This document shows, one piece after another, positions 56,910 through 64,000 of a stretch of DNA of 64,000 nt (its first letter is position 1; the number at the start of each line of letters is the position of its first letter). Origin of the DNA: Candidatus Latescibacterota bacterium (GTDB lineage Bacteria > Latescibacterota > UBA2968 > UBA8231); assembly GCA_965205655.1 (NCBI GenBank), contig CBDBIJ010000091.1:23593-87592 (forward strand), read 5' to 3'. The translations under genes and the position numbers were made by a program. The notes beneath the pieces were generated by a model. It saw nothing but the letters and a program-made list of their open reading frames with translations, ran no database searches and had not been told where the DNA came from.

Positions 56910-58821
56910 ATGCTCGACAATACGCAGTTGCATATCGGAAACGACCCCCAGTTGTTCGTCGACAGCTGGCTCATCGAATGCACGCAGGGTCTGACGAGAC
57001 GCTGGCACAAGCCGGTGCGCACTGAGTCAGGGCCGCTCATATCGAAGGATCGCCCCTGGGAGAAGACGCTGTATTTCACCTACAGCACCTACTGCGTCAT
57101 CCGCGATCCGGAGGATGGGCTGATCAAGTGCTGGTACGAGGATCTGGGGCCGATCGACGGCACCGGCCACCCGCGGCAGACGCGGCTGCTCTACGCCGAG
57201 AGCGAGGATGGCGTTGAGTTCCGAAAACCGGAGCTCGACAACTGCATCATCGATGGGGCGCGCACGAACATTGTTGGGGGCTATGAGGGGAAAGAGCAGC
57301 CAACAACGGGAAATCCGTGGGCGAATGCAGGCGTGCAGTCGTGCGGGCTGGTGATCGACCCCAATCCGCCCTCCGAGGAAGAGCGATTCAGGGCGATCTT
57401 CACGAAATATGTGTTCGAAAATGGCGAATTCGCCGACGAGCGGCAAACTGTATGCGCCCATTCGCGCGATGGAGTGCGTTGGAGTCCCTACGAAGCTCGA
57501 CCCACCATGGGCAGCAGCGGCAACAGTCTCGGGGATGTTTCCGTCCTGCACTACGATGCGGAGGCGCGGCAGTTCGTGCAGAACACGCGCCACTCGAAGA
57601 TGGGGACAACCGGTCGTCCGCCAACAACGCCGAACGCGGGGGGATGGTTCGGGCCTCACTATCCCTATCGGCCCGATCTCGTCAACAAGCGACGTGTCTA
57701 CCAGAGCCGCAGCTCTGATTTCCTCAACTGGGCCAACCCGGTGCCTGTTTCACTCCCCGACGACGACGGCGTCGACAATCTCGACACCGGGCACTACGGC
57801 ATGCAACAGTTCCGCGTCGGCCGGCTCCATTTCGGGACACTCGGGGTATTTCGCTATGTCGACAACGAGATGGATGTGCGGTTGATGTGCAGCCGTGACG
57901 GAGTGCAGTTCAAGTCAACGGATTGCGGACAACCGTTCCTGGCGCCGCGCGGTGAAGGGTTCTGGGACGCACACATGGTGTCGATGACGAGTCAACCGGT
58001 AGAGATGGGCGACGAATGGTGGTTCTATCATGGCGGCACCAGCTCGCATCACGACTGGTGGATGAGCCCGCAGGAAGGGATCGACGAACCGGAGGCCCGC
58101 GACCCGGCCGGCCACGTGCGCTTCGGTCTCGGATTGGCGCGCCTCAGGAAAGAGGGGATCGCCTCTCTCGACGGATCGCGCCAGCGGGACGGCTACGTCG
58201 TCACTCGCCCCGTCATGTCAGACGGCGAGCGACTGGTGATCAACGCGAGATGCCGAGGAGGCGGCTCGATACGGGCGGCCGTGCTGGATGGGAACAACCA
58301 GCCAATAGGAGGTTGTTCGCTCGAAAGCTGCGACGTGTTTACCGACGACAGCACGAATCACGACATAACATGGGGTGGCGATCCGAGCATCCCCGGTAAC
58401 GGAAATCGCAGCCGGTATGAGCGCCCCAGGGTCTGTTCGATTTGCTCGAACACCGCCTGTAGAAATGGGATGGAGGAAGCGCCATCGTTGACGTTGCCCG
58501 GACGGTTGTGGAGCCGGAGAAAATGACCGCTGTCGGCCAGGTAAGCGGTGATGGGATAGTAACTGGGGACCTTGCGATGATGCGGGTTGTACCCACGGCA
58601 GGCACCGCCGACCTTGTGGCCGGTGCACAGCACCGTGCCATCGATGTCGATGCTCAGTGTGCGGGCCTTCAACAGACCGATCACCCCGGCGACGACATCG
58701 GCGTTGAGCGTTTTCAACGCCTCTTCGGCGCCCACCGTGAAGCGTTTGAGCCAGCGGCGAGTGGCGCAAGCTGCACTTTCTTCTGAGAGACGCGGAGATA
58801 TTCTCGTTTCGGATAAAATGA
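56910..58821 (+). pseudogene. Beta-propeller glycosidase-like protein, paralog 3, interrupted by a 355-bp IS1380 fragment
   Basis: QLFVD, AESEDG.EF.KP.L, SRDG..W, LARLRKEG. Excising 58403-58757 restores ...PGNGEWRKLHFLLRDAEIFSFRIK* (518 aa), matching the paralog C-termini. Confidence 0.75.
58403..58757 (-). mobile_element. Internal fragment of an IS1380-family DDE transposase
   Basis: RWLKRF...LSIDIDGTV.....GGACRGYNP...SYYP........LRL..RPGN..D...FL is typical of DDE_Tnp_1_4. No termini; CGG on both sides. Confidence 0.8.
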
Positions 58822-58855
58822 CGGCGCCGGACCGGATCTAACTGGAGACAGGCTG

Positions 58856-60055
58856 ATGACTCAAGTGACCATCGAAGACGTCCGTACCATACTGACGCAA
58901 CCCAGCGCGCGTCTCGTCATCGTCAAGATCATCACCTCCGAACCCGGCCTGTACGGCGTCGGCTGTGCCACGTTCCATCAGCGCTACAAGGCGGTGCACA
59001 CCGCGGTCGAAGAGTTCCTCAAACCGTTTCTACTCGGCCGCGATGTGGATCGCATCGAAGAGATCTTCCAGATGTCGATGGTCCACGCCTACTGGCGCAA
59101 CGGACCCGTCCTCAACAACGCCATCTCGGGGGTCGACCAGGCTCTGTGGGACATAAAGGGAAAGCGCGCCGGGATGCCGGTCTACCAGTTGCTCGGGGGC
59201 AAGTGCCGCGAGGGGGCCGCCTGCTATACGCACGCCAGCGGCGGCAGTCGCGAGGAAGTGCTGGAGCGTTTGAGGGAGATCCAGGAAAAGGGTTATCAAT
59301 ACATTCGCGTGCAGCTAGGCAGCTATGGCGGCCTGGAAACCGAGATGCGCAAGCCTGAGGGAGCCCCGGACGGGGCTTACTTCGATCCACGGCAATACAT
59401 GCGATCGCAACTCGACATGTTCGAGTATATGCGCTCCGAGGTTGGTGACGAAGTGGAGCTCCTCCACGACGTGCACGAACGGCTGCGGCCCATCGACGCA
59501 GTCGGTTTCGCCAGGGATCTGGATCGCTTCAAGCTGTTCTTTCTGGAGGACCTGCTGGCGCCGGAGGACCTCGAGTGGTTCGAGAACGTTCGCCAGCAAT
59601 GCAGCACACCGATCGCCATGGGCGAGCTGTTCAACCACCCGCGTGAATGGCAGCCGCTTATTCAAGGTCGCCTCATCGATTTCATCCGCATGCACGTGAG
59701 CCAGATGGGAGGGATCACGCCGGCGCGGCATGTGGCCGCCTTCGCGCAGATGTACGGCGTGCGAACGGCGTGGCATGGCCCGGCCGACGTCTCGCCTGTG
59801 GGACACGCCGCTAATCTGCACCTCGATCTGTGGGCCCCGAATTTCGGCGTCCAGGAGTGGACGCCCCTTCAAGACCGCGTCTACGAGGTGTTCCCGGGTT
59901 TGCCCGAGGTGCGTCAGGGGTACATGTACCCGAACGATCAGCCGGGGCTCGGCATCGACGTGGACGAGAAGGAGGCGGCGAAATACCCGTGCAAAGACAC
60001 CGTCGATCGCTGGACTCAGGCCCGCCTGCCCGACGGCAGCCCGGCCCGTCCGTAG
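58856..60055 (+). CDS. Enolase-superfamily acid-sugar dehydratase (RspA/ManD-like)
   Basis: YWRNGP; DQALWDIKGK; LLGGK.R; LLHDVHERL; FFLED; MGELF; WHGP.D.SP; PGLG. Confidence 0.9.
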   Translation: MTQVTIEDVRTILTQPSARLVIVKIITSEPGLYGVGCATFHQRYKAVHTAVEEFLKPFLLGRDVDRIEEIFQMSMVHAYWRNGPVLNNAISGVDQALWDIKGKRAGMPVYQLLGGKCREGAACYTHASGGSREEVLERLREIQEKGYQYIRVQLGSYGGLETEMRKPEGAPDGAYFDPRQYMRSQLDMFEYMRSEVGDEVELLHDVHERLRPIDAVGFARDLDRFKLFFLEDLLAPEDLEWFENVRQQCSTPIAMGELFNHPREWQPLIQGRLIDFIRMHVSQMGGITPARHVAAFAQMYGVRTAWHGPADVSPVGHAANLHLDLWAPNFGVQEWTPLQDRVYEVFPGLPEVRQGYMYPNDQPGLGIDVDEKEAAKYPCKDTVDRWTQARLPDGSPARP

Positions 60056-60062
60056 AAACGAC

Positions 60063-60872
60063 ATGGCACCGATCGTCGACAGCCATCTCCACATCTGGTC
60101 GGATGATGTGGAGCGTTATCCGCGCACGGAGATTCCCTATCCCGGATCAATCGAGCTCCTGCTGCAGTACCTCGACGAGGCGGGCGTCGATCACGCCGTC
60201 ATCGTCCTACCGATGTACTACGAATACGACAACCGCATTCTCACCGATGCCCTCGAAGCTCACGGCGAGATCTTCGCCGGCGTCGGCGTCGTCGATCCGC
60301 GAGGCGTGGGAGCGGCTGAAGCGCTGACGACTCTCGTAGAGCAGGGCGTTCGCGGTGTGCGGGTGCGGGGAACGATCGAGGCAGACTGGTTTTGCCAGCC
60401 CGAGACTGAGCCGCTATGGCGACGTGCAGCGGAGCTGAGCGCGCCGCTATGTCTGCTGGCAAATCCACATCAGGTCGGCCCCATGCGCCAGATGATCGAG
60501 CGTTTCCCGGAGGCGACCGTCGTGATCGATCACTTCGCCCAGATCCCGGCCAGCGACGGCGTCGACGGTGAGGCGTTTAAGGCGTTCTTGAGACTGGCAG
60601 AATTCCCTAGGGTGTTCATCAAGCTGTCGGGGCTGCACTATTGGGGAGATAGCCCGTACCCGTACGCGCAGGCGCAGGTCAGCCTGCGAGCAGCCATCGA
60701 CGCCTTCGGTGCCGAGCGGGTGGCGTGGGGCTCCGACTGGCCACACATCCTTTTCGGCGACGGCTACATCCGCTGCCTGAATTTCGTACGGCGCGAGCTG
60801 GGCTGGCTCACCGAGAATCAGCGAGAGCAGATCCTCGGGGGGACGGCGCACCGGCTATGGTGGGAGAGCTAG
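60063..60872 (+). CDS. Amidohydrolase family 2 protein (possible sugar lactonase)
   Basis: IVDSHLHIW; GVRGVR; VIDHF; IKLSG; FGAER..WGSDWP. Confidence 0.88.
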   Translation: MAPIVDSHLHIWSDDVERYPRTEIPYPGSIELLLQYLDEAGVDHAVIVLPMYYEYDNRILTDALEAHGEIFAGVGVVDPRGVGAAEALTTLVEQGVRGVRVRGTIEADWFCQPETEPLWRRAAELSAPLCLLANPHQVGPMRQMIERFPEATVVIDHFAQIPASDGVDGEAFKAFLRLAEFPRVFIKLSGLHYWGDSPYPYAQAQVSLRAAIDAFGAERVAWGSDWPHILFGDGYIRCLNFVRRELGWLTENQREQILGGTAHRLWWES

Positions 60873-60909
60873 TCGAGCGGCAAATGAGGAATGTCAAGGA
60901 GCTGAAGAC

Positions 60910-61880
60910 GTGAGAATTGGACTGGGTCAGTTCAACGAGCTGACGGACGAGAAGCTCGCGTTCATCAAGCAGATCGGCGTGGACGATTTTCAGATGAACA
61001 TGTATCGCGGCACCAACATGGGCGACGGCTATTTCGAGCTGGATGCCTTGAAGGCGCTGCGAGAGAAGGGCGAGGCAGCGGGGCTGCGACTGGCGGCGAT
61101 CGAGAATGTACCGATCGACTTCTACGACAAGGTCATGTTGGGCCAGCCGGGCCGGGACGAGCAAATCGAAAACATGTGCACGACTGTGCGCAATATGGGT
61201 GAGGCGGGCATTCCCATCTTCGGCTATCACTGGCTACCGTCAGGTGTCTGGCGCACGCCGGAGAAACGCGGTTCTGAAAAAACGGCGCCAGGTCGACGCG
61301 CTTCGACATGGATGCCCACAAAGATGCTCCGCTCACCTTCGGCCGCGTGTTCACCGACGAGCAGATGTGGGACAACTACTGCTACTTCCTGGAACGGTTT
61401 CTTCCCGTGGCAGAGGAGGCCAGGGTCAAGCTCGCCCTGCACCCGGACGATCCGCCTGTGGAGTCGCTGGGAGGCGTGGCCCGCATCTTCAGAAGCTTCG
61501 ACCACTTCGAGCGGGCCATGGACACATTTGACAGCCCGTATCACGGGCTGGATTTCTGCATGGGGTGCTGGTCGGAAATGGGGGGTCACGACAATGTCAT
61601 CAGATCGATCAAACACTTCGGAGGCCAGGGGAAGATCTTCTACGTCCACTTCCGCGATGTGCAGGGACCGGTGACATGCTTCAACGAGTGCTACATCGGC
61701 GACGGAAACGTGGACACACTCGAAGTAATGAAGACCTTCAAAGAGGTCGGCTTCGACGGCTTTATGATTCCCGACCATGTCCCCGAAACCGATGGAGACA
61801 GCGACTGGCACCATCGCGGACGCGCCCACGCCGTGGGCTACATGAAGGCGCTGATAGAAGTGGTGAGCAAGCTCAACTGA
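60910..61880 (+). pseudogene. uxuA: Mannonate dehydratase family protein; frameshifted at about 61264-61282 (possibly a sequencing error)
   Basis: KQIGVD, AIEN, GRDEQIE, N.GEAGIP..GY and WRT in frame 1; W.NY.YFL...PVAEEA.VKLALHPDDPP, IFYVHFRDV and PDHVP in the shifted frame. Confidence 0.88.
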
Positions 61881-61900
61881 CATCGCGGCCCTTTTGCCCT

Positions 61901-62692
61901 ATGGACAAGTTTGAAGTCTGCAAGGAAGCGGCCAGAGTGGGCAGCGAGAGTGTGGCCGCCTTCTATCGCAACGGCGTCACCATGCGCAGTAAGGAGTCCT
62001 ACAATCTGGTCTCCGACGCTGACGTCGAGACGGAGAAACGGATTGGGGAGATTATACATACGGCATTTCCCGATCACGCGGTCTTCGGCGAGGAGGTGTA
62101 CGGCGGCGCCGGCGCCGAAAGCGCCAGCGAGCACCTGTGGATCATCGATCCGATCGACGGCACGAACAACTTCGCCCATCGAGTGCCGCATTTCTCCGTA
62201 TCAGTGGCGTACTACTGTCGGCAGGAGCCGGTATGTGGAGTGGTCTGCAATCCCGTTCGAGATGACTGGTACGAAGCCGTTCGCGGCAAGGGAGCGTTTC
62301 ACAACGGTGAGCGAGTAGCGGTCGTTGCTCAGACCAGGCTCGATGAGGTGCTCATCGGAGTCGGATTCTACTACGATCGAGGGGCGATGATGGAGTCGAC
62401 TCTCGAGGCGATCCGGGAGCTGTTCGGCCGGGATATCCACGGAATCAGGCGATTCGGATCGGCCGCCCTCGACCTGTGTCAGGTCGGCATAGGAAGCTTT
62501 GGGGCCTTCTTTGAGTACCAGCTGTCACCGTGGGATTTCGCCGCCGGTCGCCTGTTCGTCGAGGAGGCCGGTGGCCGGGTGACGACCTGTAGGGGCGACG
62601 ACCTCCCTGTTGCAAAGACGAGCGTGATGGCGTCGAACTCGCTGTTGCATGAGGCCATGCTCGAAATCGTCAAGCGTCACTCGCCGAAGTGA
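61901..62692 (+). CDS. Inositol monophosphatase family protein (SuhB-like)
   Basis: LVSDAD; GEE; WIIDPIDGTNNF; IRRFGSAALDL; PWDFAAG..FVEEAGG. Confidence 0.92.
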   Translation: MDKFEVCKEAARVGSESVAAFYRNGVTMRSKESYNLVSDADVETEKRIGEIIHTAFPDHAVFGEEVYGGAGAESASEHLWIIDPIDGTNNFAHRVPHFSVSVAYYCRQEPVCGVVCNPVRDDWYEAVRGKGAFHNGERVAVVAQTRLDEVLIGVGFYYDRGAMMESTLEAIRELFGRDIHGIRRFGSAALDLCQVGIGSFGAFFEYQLSPWDFAAGRLFVEEAGGRVTTCRGDDLPVAKTSVMASNSLLHEAMLEIVKRHSPK

Positions 62693-62711
62693 CGCCTCGC
62701 CGACAGCTCAG

Positions 62712-63575
62712 CTACCGCTGGCGGATGAATTTCTGGATGCTCTGATCTGCCTGCACTTCACTGACGTAGAGGTCACCGTAGCTGTCGGTCCAGATGCCGT
62801 GAGGGCATCCGCGGAATTCTCCAGGCTGGCGATCCACTCTTTCTCCCTTGCCCCAGCGGCACAGCAGCTCATCCTCGAGGCTCAGGATGCTGACGCGCTG
62901 ATCCATCTCGGCGACGTAGACGATGTCGCTCTCGTCGATATGGATGGTATCGGGGTGATTGAGATCTCCCCACTCGGTCAGGAACTCCCCTTCCGTGTCG
63001 AAAATCTGAATGCGATTGTTGGAGCGATCGCAGACCATCACCCGATCGTTGCGATCGACGCGCACACAGTGCACCAGGTCGAACTCGCCCGGGCCAGTAC
63101 CCGGAGTGCCCCAGGATTTGATGCGCTCGCCCTCAGCGGTGAACTTGTGGACACGGGCGTTGTCGTAGCCGTCGGAGATGTAGATGTCACCTTTTGAATC
63201 GAAGGCGATGTCGGTGGGCAGGCGGAAAGGCTCTCCTTCCTCTCCCTGCTCGCCGGGACTGCCCAGGGTCATGAGCAGCTCTCCCTCAGGGTTGAACTTG
63301 CGCATGCAATGGGTCTCGCGCTCGACGCAGAAGATCTGATCTTGCCCATCGATCAGAATTCCGTGAGCATCCAGGAGAATATCCTCGGCCAATGTGGCCG
63401 AGAAGTTCCCATCCCGATCGAGGACGACGAGCGGGTGTTCGCTGCGGTTGTAGAGGTAAACCCTATCCTTCGAGTCGACCGCCACCGCTGCAATCCAGCC
63501 GAGCTTCCAGCCGTCGGGGAGCGAGCCCCAACCTTCAGCTACTTCGTAGGTGAAATCTCCGGTACCGACTATCAT
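62712..63575 (-). CDS. NHL-repeat protein, peptidyl-alpha-hydroxyglycine alpha-amidating lyase (PAL)-like family
   Basis: AVDSKDRVY; AHG; PTDIA; ISDGYDNARV.KF; G.GPGEF..VH; DR.NNRIQIFD. No signal peptide. Confidence 0.85.
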   Translation of the reverse strand: MIVGTGDFTYEVAEGWGSLPDGWKLGWIAAVAVDSKDRVYLYNRSEHPLVVLDRDGNFSATLAEDILLDAHGILIDGQDQIFCVERETHCMRKFNPEGELLMTLGSPGEQGEEGEPFRLPTDIAFDSKGDIYISDGYDNARVHKFTAEGERIKSWGTPGTGPGEFDLVHCVRVDRNDRVMVCDRSNNRIQIFDTEGEFLTEWGDLNHPDTIHIDESDIVYVAEMDQRVSILSLEDELLCRWGKGERVDRQPGEFRGCPHGIWTDSYGDLYVSEVQADQSIQKFIRQR

Positions 63576-63620
63576 GTCTGTCTCCTGGCCCGGGGCCAGT
63601 CGGGGTTCGGTTCGATGCGC

Positions 63621-64000
63621 TCAGACATTTTCAGTCAGAATTGTCCGCACCGTCGTCGTCAGGTGATCGACATGGTCGTCCGTCATCGGCACTGACACGG
63701 CGTTGAGCCCGCCGTTGCGCCAGTAGATGTCCCGGTTGAGGAGGCTCAAGAACAGCGATCCGACAGCGCAGACGCAGGCAGCCAACCCGACGTCATCGAA
63801 GGCGTTTTGCAGCGAGTCCGCCAATCGGCGCGTTCTGGCGGTGAGGTCGTCGAAGACCGGCGGCGTCAGGTGCTGGAGTGTGATGAGGCCGGCCGTCAAA
63901 CTGAGTGGATTGCCGTTGAAGGTGCCCGACTGCCAGATCCGCGCCTTTCCATCAGTCGGATCGAAGAGCGCCATGACGTCTTCGCGACCTCCAAATGCCG
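63621..64000 (-). CDS. 3' part of a class III aminotransferase (glutamate-1-semialdehyde aminomutase-like), truncated by the window edge
   Basis: AFGGREDVM; SGTFNGNPL...AG..TL; GSLF. Confidence 0.8.
   Translation of the reverse strand, partial: AFGGREDVMALFDPTDGKARIWQSGTFNGNPLSLTAGLITLQHLTPPVFDDLTARTRRLADSLQNAFDDVGLAACVCAVGSLFLSLLNRDIYWRNGGLNAVSVPMTDDHVDHLTTTVRTILTENV

Noticed and set aside
2047..60094. Long antisense or alternative-frame ORFs (e.g. 5038..6321, 7274..8602, 27787..29223, 30364..31875, 39677..40918, 41752..43092)
   Set aside because: They shadow well-supported genes, lack recognisable motifs and are expected from high-GC codon bias.
61270..61285. Programmed -1 ribosomal frameshift in uxuA
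   Set aside because: The A-run is not phased as a canonical X_XXY_YYZ heptamer in the upstream frame, and I know of no precedent in this family.
30325..63575. Eukaryote-style peptide amidation pathway (PHM-like plus PAL-like)
   Set aside because: The PAL-like gene is more than 15 kb from either PHM-like gene and has no signal peptide, whereas the PHM-like proteins are lipoproteins. NHL proteins are common and no precursor peptide is evident.

Overview
High-GC (roughly 60-65% by eye) bacterial window. Gene content resembles Latescibacterota/Poribacteria-type candidate-phylum genomes; this taxonomy is inference only. There are about 41 genes, and I saw no rRNA, tRNA or CRISPR array. Positions 1-21 kb form a cell-envelope/export cluster: four paralogous secreted discoidin-like proteins with a TPNGDGxND/FlgD-Ig C-terminal domain (two from a traceable 2,834-bp tandem duplication), two parvulin lipoproteins, a CRTAC1/FG-GAP protein, a TPR lipoprotein, a CBM9-like protein with a TAV-x3-SWG-x2-K tail and a tandem DUF6785/DUF6784 membrane pair. 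Positions 21-53 kb hold two oppositely oriented copies of an [RCC1-like propeller+TIM-barrel]-[swappable hydrolase]-[DUF4091] cassette, each downstream of a PHM-like copper monooxygenase lipoprotein. Between them lie an M6 protease, a PorZ-like protein, aceE, a DegT aminotransferase, an SGNH hydrolase and a PhyH dioxygenase. Positions 53-64 kb hold a sugar/sugar-acid catabolic operon with three beta-propeller glycosidase-like paralogs, an RspA/ManD-like dehydratase, an amidohydrolase, uxuA and an inositol monophosphatase. Several genes are broken as sequenced: frameshifts in aceE, uxuA and a TolB-like gene, and a 355-bp IS1380 fragment inside a glycosidase gene. Some of these breaks may be sequencing errors. 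All product calls come from motif recognition, not database searches.
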